A stretch of DNA of 64,000 nucleotides, taken from the NCBI GenBank assembly GCA_965215605.1, contig OZ244070.1, positions 352,001 to 416,000 of the forward strand, in the 5' to 3' direction. A program made the translations under genes and the position numbers. Shown piece after piece: positions 1 through 9,115 of the stretch. Below the pieces are notes generated by a model. It was given only the letters and a program-made list of their open reading frames with translations, was not told where the DNA came from and searched no databases. The DNA comes from an uncultured Candidatus Binatia bacterium (lineage in GTDB: Bacteria; Desulfobacterota; Binatia; UBA9968; JAJDTQ01). Position 1 is the stretch's first letter, and every line of letters begins with the position of its first letter.

Positions 1-142
1 GCAGAGTGACACCTGTCCTTGGAGGTAGATGGAATCACGGAAAGGGTCGATCCATGGCGGAGTCGTTTCGGCACCCGGGCCGCTCGCGACCTGCCGCCGC
101 CCGTAAAACTGAACCGGTGAAGGAATCCACAGAGGAGACATC

Positions 143-1117
143 ATGGAAGAGCTGCCCCCAGCGCTGGACCCCGCGGCATGGAAGCCTGACGACCTCGCCC
201 GGTCCGAAGCATGGCGCCGCACGTTCACCGGACGCGAGTTGGCGGAGTTGCTGGCAGTGGCGAGGGACAACAATGGAACCGAAGAGCCGCCGGCGCCGCC
301 TCCCTTGCCCGTTCTCGCGCCCGAGATCGAAAAGACCGCCAACGAGTTGAAGTTGGGCCTGGGCTTCCGCATCCTGCGGGGCCTGCCGGTCAAGGAACTC
401 GGCAAGGATGGCGTGGGCCCGGCCTTCATGGCGTTGAGCCGCCGACTCGGCACTCCCATGGAACAGCCTGGAGGCGTCAAGCTCGCCCACGTGCGCGCCG
501 AGCCCCAGGGAAAGGGCAAGGGCCGCTACGGCTTCCGGGCCACCGCCGAGCTTCCCTTCCACGCCGACCTCGAGGACGTCATCGGTTTTCTGTGCGTAAG
601 ATCCGCTTCCCAGGGAGGAACCCGCAAGTTCGCCAGCGCCGCCACCGTTTACAACGTCATGAGAGAGGAATGCCCCGACCAGTTGCGAGTCCTCACCCAA
701 CCCTTTCACATGGCACTGCACAGACCGCACCCCGACCACGGCAACAAGTGGACCCGGCTCCCCTTCCTGTGCGTCACGGACGGCCTGTTCAACGCCTGCG
801 CCTACAGGGTCCATATCAAGCGGGCCCAAGGCCTCCCCGGAGTTCCGGATCTGACCCCGGCGCAGAACAATGCGCTGGCGGCCTTCAACGACGTGGCCGA
901 CCGTGTATCGGTATCCGTGGACCTCAAGCCGGGTGACATCGAGTACTTCAACAACCACGTCGTCCTGCACACCCGGACACAGTTCTCCGTGGACGGCAAC
1001 GGACCCGGCCGCCATCTTCTGAGGGTGTGGCTTTCGATGACAAATTTCCGAAGGCTCAACCCGGAGCATCACATCAGCCTGAGGGCCAGGATACAGGGTA
1101 ACGAGCAGAGCGCGTAG
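143..1117 (+). CDS. TauD/TfdA family Fe(II)/2-oxoglutarate-dependent dioxygenase (copy 1)
   Basis: HxD motif (FHADLED), distal His in NNHVVLHTRT, RHLLRVWL; RBS GAGGAG upstream; paralog of 56523-57497. Confidence 0.88.
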   Translation: MEELPPALDPAAWKPDDLARSEAWRRTFTGRELAELLAVARDNNGTEEPPAPPPLPVLAPEIEKTANELKLGLGFRILRGLPVKELGKDGVGPAFMALSRRLGTPMEQPGGVKLAHVRAEPQGKGKGRYGFRATAELPFHADLEDVIGFLCVRSASQGGTRKFASAATVYNVMREECPDQLRVLTQPFHMALHRPHPDHGNKWTRLPFLCVTDGLFNACAYRVHIKRAQGLPGVPDLTPAQNNALAAFNDVADRVSVSVDLKPGDIEYFNNHVVLHTRTQFSVDGNGPGRHLLRVWLSMTNFRRLNPEHHISLRARIQGNEQSA

Positions 1118-1162
1118 CACAGGCGTGTACCGGCTTCAAACCGGAGGAAATCTCAAGTCGTC

Positions 1163-1918
1163 ATGGATCTCGGCATCAAGGGCAGGCGGGCGCTGATATA
1201 CGGAGGCTCCAAAGGCATCGGACGTGCCGTCGCCGAGGCGCTGGCGGCCGAAGGCGCGGAGTTGGCGGTCTGCGCCCGCAAGGAGTGGGCGGCGCAGAAG
1301 GTCGCGGCCGAGGCGGCGGAGAACAGCGGCGTCAGGGCCAGGGGCTACGGGATCGACGCTTGGGACGAGCAATCGACCGTTGCCCTCATAAGCCGTATTG
1401 TCGAAGATTTCGGCCCCATCGATATCTTGTTCGGGGTCGCCCGGCGGCCGGCGTTGGAGGACAGGAACGCACTCCCTCCGAGTGGCTGGCAAGCCCAACT
1501 CGACAGGGGATTCCTTCGCTTCAAGGCCGCCACGGAAGCGCTTCTCCCTGGCATGCAGGAGCGGCATTGGGGCCGCATCCTCTGGATGATCCCGTGGCGG
1601 GCCGCGGGAACCAGCGTCGAAAGACAACTCTACTCCGTCATGACCGCGGCATTGTCTGCCTGGGTCGAGTCCGCCGCCACGGACCTCGCCAAGGACAATG
1701 TCACCATGAACCTGCTGAGGCCGGCACCGGTGTCGCGGACGGCAGGGATTGGCACTGCTTCCACGCACCACGAGTTTCGGCAGGGCGCCGCCCCCGCGCA
1801 GGCGGACACGACTCTTTCCGTCAGCCAAATCGCCTCCGCGACGGTTTTCCTGCTTGGTGACCCGGCAGGTGCTCTTTGCGGCAAAACCATCGAGCTTGGC
1901 ACCCGCGGGGCCGGCTGA
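1163..1918 (+). CDS. Atypical SDR family oxidoreductase (copy 1)
   Basis: MDLGIKGRRALIYGGSKGIG Rossmann motif; no NNAG or YxxxK visible; paralog of 57501-58220. Confidence 0.82.
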   Translation: MDLGIKGRRALIYGGSKGIGRAVAEALAAEGAELAVCARKEWAAQKVAAEAAENSGVRARGYGIDAWDEQSTVALISRIVEDFGPIDILFGVARRPALEDRNALPPSGWQAQLDRGFLRFKAATEALLPGMQERHWGRILWMIPWRAAGTSVERQLYSVMTAALSAWVESAATDLAKDNVTMNLLRPAPVSRTAGIGTASTHHEFRQGAAPAQADTTLSVSQIASATVFLLGDPAGALCGKTIELGTRGAG

Positions 1919-2087
1919 CCCAACGAAGCCGGGGAACGCCGAATCACGCGAACCTGCGTATCCGTTGCCTCGTGAACGGAGTCCCCGTCTTGAGCTTGCC
2001 GGGACAAAGTGGTTAACTCCCCGGGTACTCGAACTTGGGACAAATCAATGGGGTCTGTGAACACCCTGTGTCCTCGCGGCTGTTACC

Positions 2088-2978
2088 ATGGCCACCCCTG
2101 AACAAAGCTACTTCGACCCGGCGGTGCTGGCGAGGCTCTCGAACCTGCACCTGAAGGCGCGTTGGGTCGTGGAAGGCGTCATGGCCGGGCTCCACCGGAG
2201 CCGCGCCAAGGGCTTCAGCGTCGAGTTCGAGCAGCACCGCGAGTACGCCCCCGGCGACGAAATCCGGCGCATCGACTGGAAGGCCTTGGGCAAGTTCGAC
2301 CGCTACTTCATCAAGGAATTCGAGGACGAGAGCAACCTCAAGACCCACCTGCTGCTGGACGTCAGCGGCTCCATGGACTACGCGTCGGGCGAGGTCACCA
2401 AGTTCCAGTACGGCTGCATCCTGGTTGCGTCGCTGGCCTACCTCATCCTCAGGCAGCAGGACGCTGCCGGCCTGATCACCTTCTCCGACCGCATCGACTC
2501 GCAACTTCCGCCCAAGGCCACCCGCGGCTACATGGTGGAACTGCTGCAACAGCTCGAAGGCGAGACCACCCGGGGCGAGACCGCGGTGGGCAGGATCCTG
2601 CGGGAGGTGGCCGGCGGCATCCGGCGGCGGGGCCTGGTGGTGCTGGTTTCGGACCTGCTGGACGACGCCGAGTCGGTGCTGCAGGGGTTGCGCCTGTTCC
2701 GCTACAAGGGCAACGACGTGCTGGTCTTCCACGTGATGGACGAGGCTGAGCGGACCCTCCCCTTCTCCGGCAACACGCGGTTCGAGGACATCGAGGACTC
2801 CAGGCTCCGGGTCACCGCCGATCCCAAGGCCATTCAGGCCGAGTATCGCCGGGTGGTGGAGAACCACATCGACACCCTCCGGTCGGGCTGCCACGAGTAC
2901 GCCATCGACTACCAACTGGTCTCCACGGCCACGCCGCTGGACCAGGCGCTGGTGAGCTATCTGAGCTGGAGGAAGTAA
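2088..2978 (+). CDS. DUF58 domain-containing protein (MoxR-associated)
   Basis: GLHRS...GFSVEFEQHREYAPGDEIRRIDWK...LLLDVSGSM, typical DUF58 motifs. Confidence 0.92.
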   Translation: MATPEQSYFDPAVLARLSNLHLKARWVVEGVMAGLHRSRAKGFSVEFEQHREYAPGDEIRRIDWKALGKFDRYFIKEFEDESNLKTHLLLDVSGSMDYASGEVTKFQYGCILVASLAYLILRQQDAAGLITFSDRIDSQLPPKATRGYMVELLQQLEGETTRGETAVGRILREVAGGIRRRGLVVLVSDLLDDAESVLQGLRLFRYKGNDVLVFHVMDEAERTLPFSGNTRFEDIEDSRLRVTADPKAIQAEYRRVVENHIDTLRSGCHEYAIDYQLVSTATPLDQALVSYLSWRK

Positions 2979-2980
2979 CC

Positions 2981-5080
2981 CTGGCGTTCCTCTACCCACT
3001 GTACCTGGCGGCCTTGGCCGCCGCCGTGATTCCGCTGGCGATCCACCTGCTCAACCGGCGGCAGCAGAGACGCCTGCGCTTCCCGGCGGTGCGCTTCGTG
3101 CTCATCTCGCAACGGCGCGTGGCGCGCACCTACAACCTGCGCAACTGGCTGCTGCTGGCGGTGCGGACGTTGGCGGTCATCTTCCTGGCGCTGCTTCTGG
3201 CGCATCCCCTGTGGGAAACCGGGGCGGGTCTGTCGGCCCGCGGGGCGCCGCTCTCCACCGCCATCATCGTGGACAATTCCCTGAGCATGCAGGTACGCGA
3301 GGAAGGCGCGCCGTTCAGGGAAGCAAAGCAGGCCGCGGGGCGGATCCTGGCAGCGCTGGGCGACCGCGACCGGGCGGCGGTGATCGCCACCAACCCGGTG
3401 GGACGGCGAGAGCCACGGCTCAAGGACTCGCGGGAAACCGTCCTCAAGGACCTCGATCCGCTGGCGGTCACGGCCGGCGCCGCGGACTTCACGGCCGCGC
3501 TTCGCACCGCCTACGGACTGCTGCGGGAGACCGGGGGCCAGAAGGCCCTGTGGGTCGTCACGGACCTGGGATTGTCCGGATGGGACCGCCTGTCGCTGCC
3601 GGCCGTAGGCGAGTACGATCCCACCGTCCCGGTAAAGATCATCACCGTGGGCTCGTCCGAAGCCGGACCCGGCGCCACCATCGACGCCCTCGCGTCCCCG
3701 GCCCTCAACATCGCCCCCGGACTGGACATCGGACTGGTGACTTCCCTCGGGGCCTCCGTCGCGGGAGCCGGCCTGCCGGTGGCCGCCCGGCTCCACATCG
3801 ACGGCAAGGTCCGGGACGAGAAGCAGGTGACCTTGTCGGGGGACGCCGAGTCCACCGTGGACTTCCAGTTCAAGCTGGACCGGCCGGGCAGCCACTCCGG
3901 CTACGTGTCGCTCCACGGGGAAGGCTTGTCGGAGCACCTGCGGCACTACTTCACCCTCCACACTCGGGACCGGTTGAACGTGCTGCTGGTGGACGGCGAC
4001 CCCCAACGGGCGCTGGTGGCCAGCGAGACCTTCTTCCTGAGCCGGGCGCTGAACCCCACCGGTGACGCGGCAAACTCGGTGCTGCTGCCGGAGGTGATCC
4101 TTTCCGGCGCGGTGGGACAGGTCGATCCGGAGGGCTACCAGGCCCTGGTGCTGGCCAACGTCGCCACCCTGCCGCCGCCTTTCGTGGCCAGGCTGGACGC
4201 CTTCGTGGAGGGAGGCGGGGGCCTGTTGCTATCACTGGGCGACCAGGTCGTGGCCGAGGACCACAACCGGGCGCTGTGGAACAACGCCTCGCCTCTCCTT
4301 CCCGGCCCGCTCGGAGAACGCCGGCGGGTGCCCTTGGACCAGAGCGTCACCGTCGGCGAGGTGGATCTCTCGCACCCGGCGCTGGAAGCCTTCGGCGACC
4401 GGCGGCTGCTTGATTCGTTGCGGTCGGCGAAGGTATCGTCGTATTTCCAGGTGTCCCCGGTCGGCGGACGCACCCTGATGCGGCTGAGCAACGGCGACCC
4501 GCTGCTGGTGGAGAAGGAAGTCGGCAAGGGCCGGGTCCTGCTGTGGACCTCCACCGCCGACAGCGCCTGGAACAACCTCCCGCTCAAGACCGGCTACGTG
4601 CCCTTGGTACAGTCCCTGGTGACGCACATGGCGGGCGGAAGCAGCGGCTCCATCGATACCGGGATCATCGCCGGGACGGAGAAACGGTGGTCCACGGAAA
4701 CAGTCCACGCGGGCAAGCGGTTGCGGGTGGTGGACCCCCGCCGGACGGAACGGGAAGTCACGCTGGTGGCCGCCGGCGGAAAGGCTTCCGGGTCCTTCGA
4801 CGGGAACCACTTTGCGGGAGTCTACCGGGTGGTTTCTCCCGGCGGTGACCTGGACATTCCCTCCCTCTACGCGGTGAACCCGCCGCCCATGGAAACGCGC
4901 CTTGGGCGCATGGACGGCGACGAGCTCGCGCGGAAGTTCGGGCCGGTGGACCACGAGGTCCTGTCCGCCGGGGCCCTGTCCGACGGGGGAATCCGCACCG
5001 ACCTCGCGCTGGCCCTGGTGGTGGTGCTGATCCTCACGCTGCTGTTCGAGGGCTGGCTGGGGCAACGGAACTATGAATAG
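2981..5080 (+). CDS. BatA N-terminal / vWA domain membrane protein
   Basis: (L)AFLYPLYLAALAAAVIPLAIHLLNRR...RFPAVRF BatA signature, vWA DNSLSM, C-terminal TM; the BatA motif extends to an in-frame CTG at 2981 preceded by GGAGGA (ORF track start 3014). Confidence 0.85.
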   Translation: MAFLYPLYLAALAAAVIPLAIHLLNRRQQRRLRFPAVRFVLISQRRVARTYNLRNWLLLAVRTLAVIFLALLLAHPLWETGAGLSARGAPLSTAIIVDNSLSMQVREEGAPFREAKQAAGRILAALGDRDRAAVIATNPVGRREPRLKDSRETVLKDLDPLAVTAGAADFTAALRTAYGLLRETGGQKALWVVTDLGLSGWDRLSLPAVGEYDPTVPVKIITVGSSEAGPGATIDALASPALNIAPGLDIGLVTSLGASVAGAGLPVAARLHIDGKVRDEKQVTLSGDAESTVDFQFKLDRPGSHSGYVSLHGEGLSEHLRHYFTLHTRDRLNVLLVDGDPQRALVASETFFLSRALNPTGDAANSVLLPEVILSGAVGQVDPEGYQALVLANVATLPPPFVARLDAFVEGGGGLLLSLGDQVVAEDHNRALWNNASPLLPGPLGERRRVPLDQSVTVGEVDLSHPALEAFGDRRLLDSLRSAKVSSYFQVSPVGGRTLMRLSNGDPLLVEKEVGKGRVLLWTSTADSAWNNLPLKTGYVPLVQSLVTHMAGGSSGSIDTGIIAGTEKRWSTETVHAGKRLRVVDPRRTEREVTLVAAGGKASGSFDGNHFAGVYRVVSPGGDLDIPSLYAVNPPPMETRLGRMDGDELARKFGPVDHEVLSAGALSDGGIRTDLALALVVVLILTLLFEGWLGQRNYE

Positions 5081-5831
5081 ACGGAGCTTCCTGCAATGCC
5101 TCCTGGGGGCCGCCGCCTGGGGGTTGCCCGCGGCGCTCCCGGCGGCGGAGCCCGGGCGGCGCATTCAGTTCGTCTTCGCGCAAGTGCGCTACCGCGGCGG
5201 CGACTGGGACCCGCGTCCCCGCGCCGTGACCCCGCTCATGGAAGAGCTCATGCGCCGCACCAGCGTCACGGCAGCCCCGGAACGCCGGGTGGTGAGACTG
5301 ACCGACCCCGAGCTGTTCTCGCACCCGTTTCTGTACATGGCCGGAAAGTACGACTTCCAGCCGTTCTCCGAGGAGGAGGTCCGGAACCTGCGGCGCTTCC
5401 TCTCCTTCGGCGGGTTCCTGCTGGCCGACAACACCCTCGGGCAGCTTGGATACGGCTTCGACCGGCGCTTCCGGGCGGAGATGCAACGGGTTTTGCCCGG
5501 ACGGGAGATGCGGAAGATCCCCTTGACCCACGCGCTGCTGCGGAGCTACTACCTGCTCCGCCGGGTGGGCGGGCGGACGGCCACCAGCTCCTACCTCGAG
5601 GGAATCCAGCTCGGCGAGACCACGCCCGTGGTCTATTGCCACAACGACCTGGCCGGCGCCTGGGAACGGGACGGGCTCGGACGCTGGAGCCACCCCTGCG
5701 TTCCCAACGGCGAGGAGCAGCGGCGCGACGCCTTCCACCTCGGGGTGAACCTGATCCTCTACTCCATGACCGGTAACTACAAGCAGGACCTGATCCACGT
5801 GCCGTTCATCCGCCGGCGGCTCACGCAGTAG
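5073..5831 (+). CDS. DUF4159 domain-containing protein, Tat-like signal
   Basis: MNRRSFL twin-arginine-like start; PFLYMAG, GGFLLAD, NDLAGAW, GVNLILYSMTGNYKQD. Confidence 0.87.
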   Translation: MNRRSFLQCLLGAAAWGLPAALPAAEPGRRIQFVFAQVRYRGGDWDPRPRAVTPLMEELMRRTSVTAAPERRVVRLTDPELFSHPFLYMAGKYDFQPFSEEEVRNLRRFLSFGGFLLADNTLGQLGYGFDRRFRAEMQRVLPGREMRKIPLTHALLRSYYLLRRVGGRTATSSYLEGIQLGETTPVVYCHNDLAGAWERDGLGRWSHPCVPNGEEQRRDAFHLGVNLILYSMTGNYKQDLIHVPFIRRRLTQ

Positions 5832-5837
5832 GATGCC

Positions 5838-8075
5838 ATGACGGGACTCTCGGACATCGTTCTCGGCGGCGGCGTTCCCTGGTGGTTGGCCGCGGCACTG
5901 GCGCTGGCCGCCGCGGGCTTCCTGACGCACCAGTTCCGGTTCCTGTACCGGAGCCTGGGACCCGGCAAGGCCTCGCTGCTGACGCTGCTGCGCGGCGTGG
6001 TCTACCTCCTGCTGCTGCTTTTTCTGCTGGGACCCGTGCGCACGGTGGAGGCGCCCACGTCCTTGCGGCGCCCGCTGGTGGTGCTGCTGGACACCTCCGA
6101 GAGCATGGCGCTCCCTTCCGGGAGCGGCGAGACCAGCCGGCTCGAGGCCGCAAAGGAAGTGCTGGCGGCCCCGGGCCTCGCGCTGGGACTGGCCGGGAAG
6201 TACGACCTCAAGCTCTACTCCTTCGACCGTGAAGCCGCCGCGCGGGAACCGGGCGGGCTCGCAGCCCTGGCGCCGGCGGGCGACGCCAGCCGGCTCTTCC
6301 ATGCCCTGGAACAGGTGACGGAACGTGAACCGGAAGCCGCCGGCGTGGTCGTGGTGTCCGACGGCATCGTCAATCCCGCGGATGCTCTCGAAGCGTTTCC
6401 GGGCCATCCCAAACCGGTCTTCGCCGTGGCGGTGGGACAGGCGGACGGCTTCAGGGACCTGCGCATCGCCGGCCTGCGGGTCCCGGAGCTGGCTTTCCGC
6501 GGCCGCGCCACCACCGTCGACTTCACCATCCAGGCGTTCGGCATGGCCGGCGTCCAGGTACCCCTCTACTTCAACCTCGGCCGGAATCTCATCTCCACCC
6601 ACCCCATCACCATCGACCGCGACGTCTACGAGAACCGCATCACCCTCAACTACACCCCGCGGGAGCTGGGCGCCCACGGCTTCACCCTGACGCTGCCCGA
6701 ACAGGGGGACGAAAGCATCGCCGGGAACAACCGCAAGGCGTTCCGGATGGAGGTGCGGCGCGACAAGATCCGGGTGCTGACCCTTTCGGGGTCACCCTCG
6801 TGGAACTACCGGTTCCTGCGGTTCGCGCTGAAGCAGGATCCGTTCCTGGATCTGGTGTCGTTCGTCTTCCTGCGCACCCCCAGCGACGTGGTGGACGTGC
6901 GCGAGAACGAGCTGAGTCTGATCCCGTTCCCCATCGACGAGATCTTCGTCGAGGAGCTCAAGAACTTCGACGTGCTGATCCTCGACGACTTCTCGCACCG
7001 CAACTACTTCAACCCGCTCTACTTCGAGAACATCCGGGATTTCGTGCGGGACGGCGGCGGCATCGCCATGCTCGGCGGAGCCCGGGCCTTCGACCGCGGC
7101 GGTTACCACGATACCGCCTTGAACCCGGTGCTGCCCGTGAAGCTCGACGGCCGCGGCGCCTTCCGGACCGGCGTGGCCGCCCGCGCCAGCCTGACGTCCG
7201 CCGGGAAGGCCCATCCCTTGACCCGGGTGTTCGCGGACCCCCAGGCCAACGAGGAAGCCTGGAGCGCCCTGCCGCCTCTCACCACCCTCAACGAGGTGGC
7301 GCAGGCCAACGGCGAAGTGTTGCTTTCGGCCCGGGTGGACTCCCGTCAGGCTCCCCTGCTCACGGTCGGCCGGTACCACGAGGGCCGGACGCTGGCTTTC
7401 GCCAGCGACGAGCTCTGGCGCTGGAACTTCGACGCGGTGGGCCGCAACCAGAACCCCCAGATCCATCTGAAGCTCATTCGGAACGGCGTGCGCTGGCTGG
7501 CGCGGGAACCCGCGTTCGACCAGGTGCAGATACTGGCGGTGGGGGGTTCGCGCCGGCCCGGAGAACCGATCGAGTTCCGCATCCGGGTGCTGCAGGACAA
7601 CCATGGACCAGCCGCGGACCCGATTCTCCAGGTGGTGGTGACGGGGCCGGAGGGCGAAGGGACGCCGCTGGAGGCCGCGGCCACCGGACAAGCCGGCGAG
7701 TACCGGGTCGAGTTCACGCCGCGCCTGGAAGGCCCCCACCGCATCGAGGTCCGGGCGGCATCGTCGACGAAGCCCTTGGGGAGCGCCGCCGCCAACTTCC
7801 TGGTGGCACTGCCGTCGGAGGAAAACGATGACGGCCGGCCGAGACCGGAGCTGCTGGAAGCCGTGGCAGCGCGCAGCCAAGGCCTGTTCACCCCGGTCGG
7901 TTCGTTGACGGACGCCCACTGGTCGGAGTTCGAGGAACGGATGGAACGAGCCGCTCCCTCCAGCATCGTTGCCCGAAGCCGCGTGGCCCTCTGGAACGAA
8001 CCGCTGCTGTTTACGCTCGTGCTGCTGCTGCTGGGAGCGGAGTGGTGGTTGCGCCGGACCTGGGGGCTCGTGTGA
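5838..8075 (+). CDS. vWA / glutamine-amidotransferase-like membrane protein
   Basis: N-terminal TMs, LDTSESM vWA motif, GGGIAMLGG GATase-like region, EWWLRRTWGL C-terminus; same operon as DUF58/BatA. Confidence 0.8.
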   Translation: MTGLSDIVLGGGVPWWLAAALALAAAGFLTHQFRFLYRSLGPGKASLLTLLRGVVYLLLLLFLLGPVRTVEAPTSLRRPLVVLLDTSESMALPSGSGETSRLEAAKEVLAAPGLALGLAGKYDLKLYSFDREAAAREPGGLAALAPAGDASRLFHALEQVTEREPEAAGVVVVSDGIVNPADALEAFPGHPKPVFAVAVGQADGFRDLRIAGLRVPELAFRGRATTVDFTIQAFGMAGVQVPLYFNLGRNLISTHPITIDRDVYENRITLNYTPRELGAHGFTLTLPEQGDESIAGNNRKAFRMEVRRDKIRVLTLSGSPSWNYRFLRFALKQDPFLDLVSFVFLRTPSDVVDVRENELSLIPFPIDEIFVEELKNFDVLILDDFSHRNYFNPLYFENIRDFVRDGGGIAMLGGARAFDRGGYHDTALNPVLPVKLDGRGAFRTGVAARASLTSAGKAHPLTRVFADPQANEEAWSALPPLTTLNEVAQANGEVLLSARVDSRQAPLLTVGRYHEGRTLAFASDELWRWNFDAVGRNQNPQIHLKLIRNGVRWLAREPAFDQVQILAVGGSRRPGEPIEFRIRVLQDNHGPAADPILQVVVTGPEGEGTPLEAAATGQAGEYRVEFTPRLEGPHRIEVRAASSTKPLGSAAANFLVALPSEENDDGRPRPELLEAVAARSQGLFTPVGSLTDAHWSEFEERMERAAPSSIVARSRVALWNEPLLFTLVLLLLGAEWWLRRTWGLV

Positions 8076-8142
8076 ACGAAGATCCCCGGAGGGCTGCGCA
8101 TGACGCTCCCGGTGCGGGCCACTGGATACTGGAGTTTCGGTC

Positions 8143-9066
8143 ATGACCACACACGTCTTTTCCGGCAATCCTCTGGACCGCGGCGACGTACAGCGTCGGG
8201 ACGAGGACTGGCTCACGCGGGCGGCCCGGGACCCCCGTTCCCGCTTCCTGCCGCTGTGGCAGCTCGACATCCTCCTGCGGAGCGGCGACCGGGCCGAGCT
8301 CGGTTGGGTGAAGCCCGCGAACATCGAAGGGATGGGGCTCGACGCCCCGCCGGTGTTTCTCGGCCTCATGGACGGCGCCGCCCACTTCGCGGTGGACGTC
8401 TCGGCGGTCTCCGAGCCGCTCCGGGAGCTGAACCTGGAGGAGCCGTGGAGCTTCGTGGAGGCCCGGGCCGCGGCCGCCCAGCTCAAGCCCCAGGAGGTGG
8501 GCATCCTGGCCCAGAGCAAGGCCCAGGTGGACTGGCATCGACGGCATCGCTTCTGCGGCATGTGCGGCGGCGCCACCGAGCAGGGGCGCGGCGGCCAGGT
8601 GCGCAAGTGCACCGCCTGCAACGCCGAGCACTTCCCCCGCACGGACCCCGTGGCCATCATGGTCGTCACCGACGGCGAACGCGCCCTGCTGGGCCAGTCC
8701 CGCGGACGCTTGGCGCGCTCCGGACGCTACTCCGCCCTGGCGGGCTTCATCGACCAGGCCGAGTGCATCGAGGAAGCGGTGCGCCGGGAAGTGAAGGAGG
8801 AAGCCGGCATCACCGTGGGCGAGGTGCGCTATCACTCCTCACAGCCCTGGCCCTTCCCCTCGTCGCTGATGATCGGCTGCCACGGCAAGGCGCTGACCAC
8901 GGACATCGCCATGGATGACGAGGAGATGACCGACGTACAGTGGTTCACGCGGGAGCAGGTGGTCTCCTCCCTGGCCGGCAAGAATCCGAACCTGCGGCTG
9001 CCGGACCCCGTGGCCATCGCCCACCACCTGATCCGGGCGTGGGCGGAGGGACGGGTGGTGTTCTAA
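8143..9066 (+). CDS. nudC: NAD(+) diphosphatase
   Basis: Zn ribbon CGMC...CTAC, Nudix box GFIDQAECIEEAVRREVKEEAG, SQPWPFPSS signature. Confidence 0.95.
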   Translation: MTTHVFSGNPLDRGDVQRRDEDWLTRAARDPRSRFLPLWQLDILLRSGDRAELGWVKPANIEGMGLDAPPVFLGLMDGAAHFAVDVSAVSEPLRELNLEEPWSFVEARAAAAQLKPQEVGILAQSKAQVDWHRRHRFCGMCGGATEQGRGGQVRKCTACNAEHFPRTDPVAIMVVTDGERALLGQSRGRLARSGRYSALAGFIDQAECIEEAVRREVKEEAGITVGEVRYHSSQPWPFPSSLMIGCHGKALTTDIAMDDEEMTDVQWFTREQVVSSLAGKNPNLRLPDPVAIAHHLIRAWAEGRVVF

Positions 9067-9115
9067 CGGCCTGCCGGACCGACCGGACGGCGCATGCCCA
9101 CAGGGGGACGATCCG

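Noticed and set aside
2023-2066. Possible MITE/IS end (GGGTACTC...GAACACCC)
   Set aside because: Inverted repeat is too short and mismatched; no transposase or target duplication
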